Part shown: piece by piece, positions 1 through 9,073 of the stretch
Numbering within the stretch: the first letter of the stretch is position 1
Layout: every line of letters starts with the position of its first letter
Origin: Gemmatimonadota bacterium
GTDB lineage: Bacteria; Gemmatimonadota; Gemmatimonadetes; Gemmatimonadales; GWC2-71-9
DNA length: 64,000 nucleotides
Reading direction: 5' to 3'
Assembly: GCA_036679605.1 (NCBI GenBank)
Contig: JAZDCZ010000398.1
Coordinates: 64,001 to 128,000, forward strand
The notes under the pieces: generated by a model
Database searches by the model: none
Seen by the model: the letters and a program-made list of their open reading frames with translations, nothing else
What the model was told of the DNA's origin: nothing
Position numbers and translations under genes: made by a program

Positions 1-1
1 A

Positions 2-184
2 CGGGTAGAGGTTGAGGAGGGTCAGTCCATCGATGTTGGAACCGGGCTCGTGGTGCTCGAGGCCATGAAGATGGAGAATGAGATAAAGTCTCCGGCCGGC
101 GGCAGGGTCAGTTCAATCCAGGTGACAGCGGGCCAGGCCGTAGAAAAAGGGGCTGTATTGGTCGAGGTAGACGTTCAGGGTTGA
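2..184 (+). CDS. Biotin carboxyl carrier/biotinyl-lipoyl domain protein, 3' partial
   Basis: Frame 2 reads RVEVEEGQSIDVGTGLVVLEAMKMENEIKSPAGGRV...VDVQG*, containing the EAMKM biotinylation motif; runs off the window start. Confidence 0.85.
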   Translation, partial: RVEVEEGQSIDVGTGLVVLEAMKMENEIKSPAGGRVSSIQVTAGQAVEKGAVLVEVDVQG

Positions 185-209
185 CCCCACTAAAAAGCCG
201 AGGTAAGTT
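181..209 (+). promoter_or_regulatory. Putative sigma70 promoter of rplM-rpsI
   Basis: TTGACC-N17-TAAGTT about 60 bp upstream of rplM. Confidence 0.4.
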
Positions 210-268
210 AAGTGGCTATACGCGTTTGCGCATCACCTGTAACCTGAAGAACTCGCTCAGCGAGGCAA

Positions 269-706
269 ATGAAGACCTATTCTCAAAAGAAGAGCGAGCT
301 GGAGCATGCCTGGCACATCGTCGATGCCGACGGTGTGGTTTTGGGCAGGCTAGCCAGCAAGGTCGCTCAGTTAATTAGAGGCAAGCACAAGCCTACGTTC
401 ACGCCGCACATGGACGGAGGCGATTTTGTGGTCGTAATCAATGCCGAGAAGATCCGGCTTACCGGAAGGAAGCTCGAGCAAAAGCAGTATTTCCGCCACA
501 CCGGTTACATAGGACACGAAAAATTCACGTCGGTTTCTGATATGTTGCGAAAGCATCCTGAGCGGGTAATACAAAAGGCCGTTTTCGGAATGCTTCCGAA
601 GGGCACTTTGGGAAAGCAGGTCCTCCGGCAAAAACTGAAGGTCTATGCCGGTGGCGAACATCCGCACGCCGGTCAGAGGCCATCTCCAGTCGATTTGGGG
701 TTGTAG
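269..706 (+). CDS. rplM: 50S ribosomal protein L13
   Basis: MKTYS...WHIVDADGVVLGRLASKVA...GKHKPTFTPHMDGGDFVVVINAEK. Confidence 0.99.
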   Translation: MKTYSQKKSELEHAWHIVDADGVVLGRLASKVAQLIRGKHKPTFTPHMDGGDFVVVINAEKIRLTGRKLEQKQYFRHTGYIGHEKFTSVSDMLRKHPERVIQKAVFGMLPKGTLGKQVLRQKLKVYAGGEHPHAGQRPSPVDLGL

Positions 707-710
707 AGAG

Positions 711-1118
711 ATGACTACGAAGGAACAGCCGGAAGATAGGTGGCATGCTGTCGGGAGGCGAAAGACATCCGTGGCACGGGTGTACCTCACGCCAGGATCG
801 GGTAAGTGGAACGTCAACGGTCGAACACTGGGTGACTATTTCCCGCGCCGCTCCCTAATTCAGCACATTCAACAGCCGTTCGTTGTGACCGACACGTTAG
901 GCGCATTCGATGTCAAGGCACGGGTGTTCGGTGGCGGTATCACCGGGCAGTCCGGCGCCATTATGCTTGCCATATCACGGGCACTAGTTGTGGCCGATGA
1001 AGAACGTCGTAAGAAGTTGCGTTCCCATGGTCTGATGACTCGCGATCCCAGGGCGGTCGAGCGCAAGAAGCCGGGCCAGCCTAAGGCGCGCAAGCGGTTC
1101 CAATTCTCGAAACGGTAG
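711..1118 (+). CDS. rpsI: 30S ribosomal protein S9
   Basis: GRRKTSVARV...RDPRAVERKKPGQPKARKRFQFSKR; ATG at 711 just after the rplM stop. Confidence 0.98.
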   Translation: MTTKEQPEDRWHAVGRRKTSVARVYLTPGSGKWNVNGRTLGDYFPRRSLIQHIQQPFVVTDTLGAFDVKARVFGGGITGQSGAIMLAISRALVVADEERRKKLRSHGLMTRDPRAVERKKPGQPKARKRFQFSKR

Positions 1119-1136
1119 GACTTTAGCGAAGAATTT

Positions 1137-1215
1137 CTCACACCGTTGGATTCGGCTCGGGGTGTCCGTAGTAGCAGCGGATCGGAGCCGGAGATGAAGA
1201 CGGTGGACGAATAAC
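1137..1215 (+). promoter_or_regulatory. rpsB 5' leader (S2 autogenous control RNA structure)
   Basis: Nested stems CACCGT/ACGGTG, GGCTC/GAGCC and TCCG/CGGA with a GGGGTG motif directly upstream of rpsB, as in known rpsB leaders. Confidence 0.55.
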
Positions 1216-1232
1216 CCAAGGACTAGCATTAG

Positions 1233-2183
1233 ATGGCACAACCAGAACTCCAAGATTTGCTTAAGGCCGGCGTACACTTTGGGCATCAGACACGCCGCTG
1301 GAATCCCAAGATGCGCCGTTTCATCTTTGCCGAGCGCTCGGGCATCTATCTCATAGATCTTCAGAAGACCCTCAAGCAACTAAAGATCGCACAAGACTTG
1401 ATTCGTGACGTGCTCATGAAGGGTGAAAGCATTCTATTCGTTTGCACCAAGAAGCAGCTCAACATGATCGTGAAATCCGAGGCAGAGAGATGTGGTGCGC
1501 AGTGGGTTACTGAGCGTTGGCTTGGTGGCACGCTGACGAATTTCCATACGATCAAGAAGCAGACTAGGCGGCTTCGGGAACTCGAGCAGGGGCAAGAGGA
1601 CGGAAGCTACGAGTTCTTGATCAAGAAGGAGAGGCTCCAACTCGATCGCGAGCGCCAAAAACTGCATCGCAATCTCGAGGGCATCAAGAACATGGGGCGG
1701 CTTCCGGGTGTCATGTTTGTCGTCGATGCGAAGAAGGAGCGCATCGCGATTGCTGAAGCCAACAAGCTTTCGATCCCGGTCATTGCGATCGTTGACACGA
1801 ACGCAGATCCAGATTTGATAACAGTCCCGATACCCGGGAACGACGATGCGATCCGGTCCGTATCCGTCATCACGGAAGCAATTGTGGATCTTATTTCCGA
1901 AGTCCGCACACAGGTCCCGGCGCGAGACGTGGCGGTGGAAGCGGAGCCGTACAGCACCTACAGCACGGACAGATTTGAAGGAGATGCAAGCGATTCGCGG
2001 CGGCGGCCCCGTAAGAGACGACCAAAACCTGAGGCTATTGCAGCGCGACTGAAGACCGACGTTCCGCCGGAGCAGGCGGCAACTTCCCCCGAGCCGACGG
2101 TGGAGGTCGGCGCTGCTGAACCCAGCAAAGAAAGTGTCGCCCCGGTGGAATCGAGTGACGCTGGTACCGAAGGGCAGGACTGA
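1233..2183 (+). CDS. rpsB: 30S ribosomal protein S2 with charged/low-complexity C-terminal extension
   Basis: AGVHFGHQTRRWNPKM, ERWLGGTLTN, IPGNDDAIRS. Confidence 0.99.
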   Translation: MAQPELQDLLKAGVHFGHQTRRWNPKMRRFIFAERSGIYLIDLQKTLKQLKIAQDLIRDVLMKGESILFVCTKKQLNMIVKSEAERCGAQWVTERWLGGTLTNFHTIKKQTRRLRELEQGQEDGSYEFLIKKERLQLDRERQKLHRNLEGIKNMGRLPGVMFVVDAKKERIAIAEANKLSIPVIAIVDTNADPDLITVPIPGNDDAIRSVSVITEAIVDLISEVRTQVPARDVAVEAEPYSTYSTDRFEGDASDSRRRPRKRRPKPEAIAARLKTDVPPEQAATSPEPTVEVGAAEPSKESVAPVESSDAGTEGQD

Positions 2184-2210
2184 TCCCAACTGTTGAGGAA
2201 TCGGGTCCTT

Positions 2211-2252
2211 GCCGCCGCTGCCGACCACCAAAGGTGTCGACGGCGGCGGTTC
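2211..2252 (+). terminator. GC-rich hairpin between rpsB and tsf (attenuator/processing site)
   Basis: GCCGCCGCTGCCGAC-loop-GTCGACGGCGGCGG followed by TTCT. Confidence 0.4.
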
Positions 2253-2294
2253 TCACATAAACGACTCATAGAGTTTGACTAGGATATTTTTCTG

Positions 2295-2894
2295 ATGGCA
2301 ACAAAGGTTTCCGCCAAAGAAGTAAGCGCCTTACGTACCCGTACCGGTGTGGGCATGATGGAGTGCAAGAAGGCACTCCAAGAGACCGACGGTGACTTAG
2401 AGAAGGCAGTGGATCTTCTGCGGCAAAAGGGTATGGCAAAGGCCGGCGGGCGAGCGGGAAGGATAACGAGCGAGGGAGTGATCGGTAGCTACCTACACTT
2501 CAATGGCCGAATTGGAGTCTTGGTCGAGTTGAATTGCGAGACCGATTTCGTCGCCCGTACCGACGATTTTCGTGACCTTGCCAACGACCTGGCAATTCAT
2601 GTTGCTTCAGCGAACCCAGTTTCTGTATCGACAGAGCAGGTCCCTGAGGATATCGTGTCTCGGGAGCGGAATATCATCGAGAAGCAGGTGGCCGACTCCG
2701 GTAAACCCGAACAGGTCAGAGAGAAGATGGTAGAGGGCAAGCTCAAGAAGTTCTTCAAGGAGCGAGTTTTGCTGGAGCAGCCGTTCGTCAAGGACGACAA
2801 GATGAGCGTGGGCGAACTGGTGACCCAAGTATCTACCAAGGTCGGTGAGAATCTGGTGGTGCGTAGGTTCGTGCGGTACGAACTAGGGGAATAG
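2295..2894 (+). CDS. tsf: Elongation factor Ts (short form)
   Basis: [36 protein letters not shown]. Confidence 0.98.
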   Translation: MATKVSAKEVSALRTRTGVGMMECKKALQETDGDLEKAVDLLRQKGMAKAGGRAGRITSEGVIGSYLHFNGRIGVLVELNCETDFVARTDDFRDLANDLAIHVASANPVSVSTEQVPEDIVSRERNIIEKQVADSGKPEQVREKMVEGKLKKFFKERVLLEQPFVKDDKMSVGELVTQVSTKVGENLVVRRFVRYELGE

Positions 2895-2896
2895 TA

Positions 2897-3610
2897 ATGA
2901 GCGACATCCGCTATCACCGTGTGCTACTCAAGTTGTCAGGCGAGGCACTTGCAGGTGACCAAGGATTTGGAATCGATTTCGGCGTTGTGGAGCGACTGGC
3001 CGACGAGATTAAGGACGTGCGAGCCACCGGGGTTGCTCTCGGTGTAGTCGTCGGTGGTGGCAACATTGTCCGCGGTGCGGTAGCGAGTCAGCAAGGAATG
3101 GATCGTGTGTCAGCCGACTACATGGGTATGTTGGCGACCGTGATCAATGCCTTGGCCATTCAAGATATCCTAGAGCGTAAGGAAGTCGACACTCGGGTGA
3201 TGACGGCCATTAGGATGGAAGAACTTGCTGAACCCTACATTCGTCGCCGGGCGCAGCGTCACCTCGAGAAGGGCCGCATCGTCCTGTTCGCGGGTGGGAC
3301 TGGAAACCCGTACTTTTCCACTGACACTGCAGCGGTGCTGCGGGCTCTGGAGATAGAGGCGGATTTGCTCATCAAGGCAACCAGCGTGGACGGCGTCTAC
3401 GATGCCGATCCAAAGAAAACCCCGAATGCTGAGTTCATCCCGGAACTGAGCTTCCAGGACGCGATCGTTCGCGGCCTCGAGGTGATGGATGCTAATGCCT
3501 TTGGCCTTTGCAAGGAGAATTCCTTGCCTATCATCGTCATGAACGTCAACCAGCAGGGTGCTATCTCGCGCGTTCTAAAGGGCGACCGGGTCGGCACAAT
3601 CGTACGATGA
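2897..3610 (+). CDS. pyrH: UMP kinase
   Basis: [34 protein letters not shown]. Confidence 0.98.
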   Translation: MSDIRYHRVLLKLSGEALAGDQGFGIDFGVVERLADEIKDVRATGVALGVVVGGGNIVRGAVASQQGMDRVSADYMGMLATVINALAIQDILERKEVDTRVMTAIRMEELAEPYIRRRAQRHLEKGRIVLFAGGTGNPYFSTDTAAVLRALEIEADLLIKATSVDGVYDADPKKTPNAEFIPELSFQDAIVRGLEVMDANAFGLCKENSLPIIVMNVNQQGAISRVLKGDRVGTIVR

Positions 3611-4161
3611 AAACACTGCAAGATGTTTCCAAGGAATCGAAGCGCCAGATGCACAAGGCGATCGAGAACACCAAGCGTGAACTGGCCACCATCCGAAGCG
3701 GCAAGGCTACGACGAGTCTGCTGGACACAGTCAGGGTCGATGCATACGGGCAGCAAGTGCCGCTGAATCAAGTAGCGTCCGTGGCTGCACCTGAGCCACA
3801 AATGCTGACGGTCCAGCCGTGGGACAAGACACTCATTGGTGCTATAGAGAAGGGAATACTCACGTCAGACTTGGGCCTCAACCCATCGAATGACGGAACC
3901 CTGATCCGCGTGCCGCTACCTCCGTTGACCGAGGAGCGTCGAAAAGATCTCGCCAAGATCGTACGGAAACTGGCCGAGGAGGGGAAGATTGCGGTGAGGC
4001 ATGCACGCACGGAGGCGATATCCGGTGTCAAGAAAATCGAACACGTATCCGAAGACGACAAGCATCGGACCGAGGTAGACATTCAAAAGCATCACGACGA
4101 TGCAGTTCAACAGCTTCATTCGATTGTTGAGGCCAAAGAACGGGAAATCATGGAGGTCTGA
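3607..4161 (+). CDS. frr: Ribosome recycling factor
   Basis: [29 protein letters not shown] at 3607 overlaps the pyrH stop (ATGA). Confidence 0.97.
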   Translation: MKTLQDVSKESKRQMHKAIENTKRELATIRSGKATTSLLDTVRVDAYGQQVPLNQVASVAAPEPQMLTVQPWDKTLIGAIEKGILTSDLGLNPSNDGTLIRVPLPPLTEERRKDLAKIVRKLAEEGKIAVRHARTEAISGVKKIEHVSEDDKHRTEVDIQKHHDDAVQQLHSIVEAKEREIMEV

Positions 4162-4191
4162 CTCCTCTATCGTTATGACCCCTCGAATGTC

Positions 4192-5058
4192 GTGATCTCT
4201 TCAAATCTGGCCCGCAGGATTTCCGTGATAGTGGTGGTGATACCAGCCGCCCTGGGAGTAGTGTATGTGGGTGGATGGGCGCTGGCGATCGCTATTGCTG
4301 CATTTGGCGTTCTTGGAGCGTCTGAGTTCTACCGCCTGGCAGAACACAAAGGCATTCAACCTCTCAAGGCAGTGGGTTTTGCGGGAGCTGCACTCCCGGC
4401 ACTGGCCGTATTTGCGGTATCTGCGGACGGGTTGGACCTCGAGGGCGCATGGTTCGCGTTTGGTCTATCCGTTTGGATCATTGCCGTCCTCATGGTGGCT
4501 ATGCGACGCAGGGGGCCGGATCAGAATCCGTTGGCCAGCGTCGCGATTACGGTGTTCGGCGCGCTGTACGCCGGCGGAATGATCGCCTTCGTAATTCTCA
4601 TAAGACATCCGCACGCCCCCTACACATCATGGGGCGCGACCTGGTTGGTGTTCCTCCCGCTGGCCGTGGTTTGGATATGCGACAGCCTGGCTATGGGCTG
4701 CGGGTCGCTGATTGGCGGTCCCAAGCTCGCCCCGGTGCTAAGTCCCAATAAGACGTGGGCGGGGGCCATAGGAGGAAGCATCGGCGGGGCGTTTCTAGTG
4801 GCGCCGTTGTATGGCCATTTCATTCTTGAGCGAGTGGGAATCCAGTTGTCGCTGTGGCAATTGGTAACGTTGGGCCTGGTGGTGTCAGGGCTCGGCCAAG
4901 TGGGGGACGTTGCCGAGTCCTTGTTCAAGCGCGAAGCGGGCGTCAAGGATTCAGGCGGTTTCTTCCCCGGCCACGGCGGCGTGCTCGACCGGTTCGATTC
5001 GATGTACTGGGCGTTGCCGGTAGCGGCGATCATGCTCAACCTGTACGGTACGATATGA
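4192..5058 (+). CDS. cdsA: Phosphatidate cytidylyltransferase
   Basis: Multi-TM; SPNKTWAG, GDVAESLFKREAGVKDSG..PGHGGVLDRFDS. Confidence 0.96.
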   Translation: MISSNLARRISVIVVVIPAALGVVYVGGWALAIAIAAFGVLGASEFYRLAEHKGIQPLKAVGFAGAALPALAVFAVSADGLDLEGAWFAFGLSVWIIAVLMVAMRRRGPDQNPLASVAITVFGALYAGGMIAFVILIRHPHAPYTSWGATWLVFLPLAVVWICDSLAMGCGSLIGGPKLAPVLSPNKTWAGAIGGSIGGAFLVAPLYGHFILERVGIQLSLWQLVTLGLVVSGLGQVGDVAESLFKREAGVKDSGGFFPGHGGVLDRFDSMYWALPVAAIMLNLYGTI

Positions 5059-6191
5059 GCACTGGCGTAGCGATACTGGGTTCGACGGGTTCGATTGGCA
5101 CCAGTACTTTGCGGGTCCTGGAGCGCCAGCGCGACCACTTCCACGTGGTAGCGCTTACGGCTAACGGGTCGGACGAATTGCTTTACAGGCAGGCCGAGTC
5201 CGCTGGCGCCAAGGTTGTGGGCCTGGTGGCCGGGCCTTCAAATGGAGTCCCGGCAAGGACCAACTTGAGCCCGGGGCCAAAGTGTTTGGTGGAGGCGGCC
5301 ACCCATCCGGATGTCGATATCGTGGTCAATGCTGTGGTGGGTTCGGCAGGGCTCGAGGCTACTATCGCAGCGCTGAAGTGCCAAAAACGTGTTGCTCTCG
5401 CGAACAAGGAAACCTTGGTGATGGCGGGTGACCTTGTGCTCGAAACCGCGCGGACGCACGGCGGAGAGATCGTACCGATCGATTCGGAGCACAGTGCCGT
5501 GCTCCAGTGTGTTACCGGCAGGCCGGACGTTGAACTCGCAAGACTCATACTTACGGCTTCCGGTGGCCCGTTTAGGGAGTGGCCGATCGAGCGGTTGAGG
5601 CGGGCGACTGTCGAAGAAACGCTCAAGCACCCGACATGGCGGATGGGACCTAAGATCACGGTCGATAGTGCGAGTCTTGCTAACAAGGCGCTGGAAGTGA
5701 TTGAGGCGCACCATTTGTTCGGTTTGGGGTATGATGCCATCGATGTGGTCGTTCACCCACAATCGATCGTCCATGCCTTCACTGAGTTTGTCGACGGTTC
5801 GGTGTTGGCCCAAGTTGGGTTCCCTAGCATGGAGCTGCCGATCTTGTATGCGCTGACACATCCGGGGCGTCTGGCTGACACGGCGCTGCCACGGTTCGAC
5901 CCGGTCGCCGCCGGATCGCTCACATTCGAGCCGCTCAGGAAAGATGCTTTTCCGGCCTTTTCGTTGGGAGTCGAGGCCGGCAGAGCGGGGGGAACTGCAC
6001 CGGCCGTATTCAACGCCGCTAACGAAGTGGCTGTGCAAGCTTTTCTCGATAGCCGGATCTCTTTTGGCAAGGTAGTTGAAGTAATCGAAAAGGTCTTGAG
6101 CATCCATACTGCCGGCTCGGCACTAGAGATGGAAACCATTCTGGCAGCCGACCGCTGGGCTCGTGAAGCGACGGGGGCTGAATGTTGCTGA
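5055..6191 (+). CDS. dxr: 1-deoxy-D-xylulose 5-phosphate reductoisomerase
   Basis: LGSTGSIG, LANKE, PIDSEH, HPTWRMGPKITVDSA; ATG at 5055 overlaps the cdsA stop. Confidence 0.97.
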   Translation: MSTGVAILGSTGSIGTSTLRVLERQRDHFHVVALTANGSDELLYRQAESAGAKVVGLVAGPSNGVPARTNLSPGPKCLVEAATHPDVDIVVNAVVGSAGLEATIAALKCQKRVALANKETLVMAGDLVLETARTHGGEIVPIDSEHSAVLQCVTGRPDVELARLILTASGGPFREWPIERLRRATVEETLKHPTWRMGPKITVDSASLANKALEVIEAHHLFGLGYDAIDVVVHPQSIVHAFTEFVDGSVLAQVGFPSMELPILYALTHPGRLADTALPRFDPVAAGSLTFEPLRKDAFPAFSLGVEAGRAGGTAPAVFNAANEVAVQAFLDSRISFGKVVEVIEKVLSIHTAGSALEMETILAADRWAREATGAECC

Positions 6192-7549
6192 CTATCGCCG
6201 CGTTTGGATTCGTACTTGGTGTATTGATCCTGGTACACGAACTCGGTCACTTCATTGCCGCGAAGGCAATGGGGATCGGGGTGCCGCGCTTCTCGATCGG
6301 TTTTGGTCCTGCCACGCCCATCAAGTTCCGGCACGGCGAAACCGAGTACCAAATCTCTTGGTTTCCGCTTGGTGGTTACGTCAAGATGGCCAGCAAAGAG
6401 GAACAAGAGGCCATGGAATCGTTGGAGGGCGGTGCTCTTGACGAGAACTATCCCCCCGAAAAGCTCTTCGAGAGCAAATCCCTGCCTGCGCGCATTCTGG
6501 TAATTTCGGCCGGCGTAATCATGAATGCACTGTTCGCATGGGCTGTCTACAGTGGCATTGCGGCAGTATACGGTCGAGTGCTTGATCCCAATACGACCAT
6601 CGCCCGCGTTGATTCGGCAAGACTCCCCGCGGAAGCTGCTGCTCTAGCGACGATTCCTTTTGGAACCCAAGTGATACGTGTCAATGGCGACACTGCCGCG
6701 TACTGGGACGATCTACAGCGTGGCGTGCTCGATCCGACATCAGAGAATCTAAGGTTCGAGTTCGCCGACGGCCTCGAACCGATCGCGATTGCGATCCCCG
6801 GGGTCGATACGGAAGCAAGAGAACGAATACTTGTGGCTATCGAACCGCTGTGGGAGCCCCGAGTCGGTTTGGTCGACCCGGGCCAGCCGGCCGCGGTCGC
6901 CGGTCTCGAGCAAGACGATCTAATCCTGAGGGCCGATGGAGACACGATCCCCTCGTGGGGCAACCTGGTGGCTGCAGTGGAGAGAAGCGTTGAAACGCCT
7001 CTTACCCTGACGATCCTGCGTGCCGATTCAATATTTGATGTCTCCGTGGTGCCCGTGGAGCGGACGATCCAAGATCCGATCACGGGCGAGACCGGCAAAG
7101 CGGGCCGGATCGGGATAGGTAGGCAGGCGGACTTCATACGTGTGCGTTATGGCCTGGCGGAAGCCATCGTCCAGGGCGCCCGCGAAACAGGGACTATGGG
7201 TGGGCTGGTGCTATTCACGCTCAAGGGAATGGTGGTCGGCACCGTTTCACCGCGGGAACTAGGCGGCCCGATCTTGATCGGTCAGGCGGCCGGTCAGTTC
7301 GCGAGCTTGGGTGGAGCAGCCCTGTTCAGTTTTATGGCGTTTCTTTCGATCAACTTGGCAATCCTGAATTTGCTGCCGATTCCAGTACTCGACGGGGGCC
7401 ATCTACTCTTTCTCTTGGCAGAGGGAGTCAGAGGGAAGCCGCTATCTCTCACTCTTCGTATGAGACTGACCCAGGCCGGTCTCGTCGTTTTGCTCGGAAT
7501 CATGGCGCTGGCGATTACCAACGACCTGTTTCGCGTCTTCAGCGGATGA
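6182..7549 (+). CDS. rseP: RIP metalloprotease RseP (M50, PDZ domains)
   Basis: HELGH, NLLPIPVLDGG; conserved synteny after dxr. Confidence 0.96.
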   Translation: MLLTIAAFGFVLGVLILVHELGHFIAAKAMGIGVPRFSIGFGPATPIKFRHGETEYQISWFPLGGYVKMASKEEQEAMESLEGGALDENYPPEKLFESKSLPARILVISAGVIMNALFAWAVYSGIAAVYGRVLDPNTTIARVDSARLPAEAAALATIPFGTQVIRVNGDTAAYWDDLQRGVLDPTSENLRFEFADGLEPIAIAIPGVDTEARERILVAIEPLWEPRVGLVDPGQPAAVAGLEQDDLILRADGDTIPSWGNLVAAVERSVETPLTLTILRADSIFDVSVVPVERTIQDPITGETGKAGRIGIGRQADFIRVRYGLAEAIVQGARETGTMGGLVLFTLKGMVVGTVSPRELGGPILIGQAAGQFASLGGAALFSFMAFLSINLAILNLLPIPVLDGGHLLFLLAEGVRGKPLSLTLRMRLTQAGLVVLLGIMALAITNDLFRVFSG

Positions 7550-7556
7550 CATAGGG

Positions 7557-7603
7557 TCAATGTAGAATGTCCAATGACCAAGTTGGACATCATTGGACAT
7601 TGA
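7557..7603. repeat. Heptamer-built inverted repeat between convergent genes (bidirectional terminator or MITE-like relic)
   Basis: Perfect 12-bp arms AATGTCCAATGA (7566-7577) / TCATTGGACATT (7590-7601), built from (C/G)AATG(T/A)(A/C) heptamers. Confidence 0.6.
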
Positions 7604-7640
7604 GCGTTGATAAAACACGACCTCGAAGACCAGTCCGGGT

Positions 7641-8624
7641 CTATTTTCCCAGCACCACTATGAGCACGGCAACCACCACGACCAGCACTACGGCCGCCAG
7701 GGGCATGATCCATTTGGGACGGTCAGCCGACTCTGCTACGGCTGTGAAATCGAAATCCTCAGGGGACGTGCCGAACATGCTGGTCCGGCGCAGGCGATCG
7801 GCGATGTTGTTTAGGTCGTCGAGCAGGGCATTGGCCGACTCATAGCGATCGTCCGGATGTTTTGCCAAGCAGCGCAGGATGATTCTCTCGAATCGCGCTG
7901 AGATATCGGGCCGCTTTTCTCGCGGCGGCGTCGGCTGGTCCTCAACGTGCATGCGGGCCAACTCGAACCAGTCAGCCGACCGGAACGGCACTTCCCCTGT
8001 AACCGCCTTGTAGAGAGTGATGCCGAGGGCGTAGAGGTCGCTGCGCCCATCCAGCTTGCGCCCCTGGGCCTGCTCCGGGGAGATGTATTGTGGCGTCCCA
8101 ATCGTCATGTTGACCCCGGTTGCCGACACGTAGCCGGAGATGGCGCGCGCGATACCGAAGTCAGAGATGACGGCGTCGCCTTCCTTAGTTAGGAGAATGT
8201 TGTCTACCTTGATGTCGCGGTGGATAACCCCGCTCTCGTGAGCGAAGGCCAGGGCAGACGCGACGTCGATCGCTATTCTGACGAGCGTGACTTCGCTGAG
8301 AACCCCGTCCCGTTCGATATGGGAAGACAAAGATTCGGGATAGAGGTGCATCGAGAAGTAGGTGATGTCATCGACCTGGCCTACCTCCAGAATGCGCGCG
8401 ACGTTGGGGTGCGTTAGCTGAGAAGCAAAATTAGACTCGTTGCGGAACCGTGTCTCAAATTCCTTGTCGCCCGAATAGCGCGGCTTCAATACCTTGAGCG
8501 CCACCTTACGGCCATCATCATGCTGGGCTTCGAAGACCCACGAGAATCCCCCAGCGCCGATCAGGCGCTCAGGGATATATGGGCCAATGGTTCTGCCAAT
8601 GAGATCTGTTGAATCAAGAGCCAT
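7641..8624 (-). CDS. Hanks-type Ser/Thr protein kinase with C-terminal membrane anchor
   Basis: GAGGFS, VALK, HRDIKVDN, DFG, GTPQYISPE; hydrophobic C-terminus. Confidence 0.95.
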   Translation of the reverse strand: MALDSTDLIGRTIGPYIPERLIGAGGFSWVFEAQHDDGRKVALKVLKPRYSGDKEFETRFRNESNFASQLTHPNVARILEVGQVDDITYFSMHLYPESLSSHIERDGVLSEVTLVRIAIDVASALAFAHESGVIHRDIKVDNILLTKEGDAVISDFGIARAISGYVSATGVNMTIGTPQYISPEQAQGRKLDGRSDLYALGITLYKAVTGEVPFRSADWFELARMHVEDQPTPPREKRPDISARFERIILRCLAKHPDDRYESANALLDDLNNIADRLRRTSMFGTSPEDFDFTAVAESADRPKWIMPLAAVVLVVVVAVLIVVLGK

Positions 8625-8632
8625 TATCGGTC

Positions 8633-8661
8633 TTTACAGCGTCGAGGGGAGCAGCTAAATT
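8633..8661 (+). promoter_or_regulatory. Putative sigma70 promoter of rpsO
   Basis: TTTACA-N17-TAAATT. Confidence 0.45.
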
Positions 8662-8729
8662 ATTGTGCTATTGTAGAATAGGAGTTTCCGGGATCTTAAA
8701 CGGCCCGCTTTCTGGAGGATACATATTTA

Positions 8730-8990
8730 ATGAGTTTTGACAAGCAGGCCGTGATCCGGAAGTACCAGCGACACGCCTCCGACACAGGCTCCACAGAGCT
8801 TCAGGTTTCCATGCTGACAGAGCGCATATCGGCGCTGACTGATCACTTCAGAACACACAAGAAGGACCATCATGGGCGCCGCGGCTTGATGACGATGGTG
8901 AGCAAGAGGCGCCGGCTGCTGAACTATCTCAAGGGTACCAACGTCGAAGGTTACAGAAAGCTGATTGCCGATCTTGGCCTTCGCCGCTAG
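8730..8990 (+). CDS. rpsO: 30S ribosomal protein S15
   Basis: [28 protein letters not shown]. Confidence 0.99.
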   Translation: MSFDKQAVIRKYQRHASDTGSTELQVSMLTERISALTDHFRTHKKDHHGRRGLMTMVSKRRRLLNYLKGTNVEGYRKLIADLGLRR

Positions 8991-9007
8991 CAGTTGGGCG
9001 TGGCATA

Positions 9008-9046
9008 TAGGGCGTCCGAGATGAGCACCTCGGGCGCCTACGTTTA
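9008..9046 (+). terminator. Hairpin between rpsO and pnp
   Basis: TAGGGCGTCCGAG-loop-CTCGGGCGCCTA then CGTTT. Confidence 0.5.
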
Positions 9047-9073
9047 TTCTCGAGTGCTCTCACAGGAAACAGA

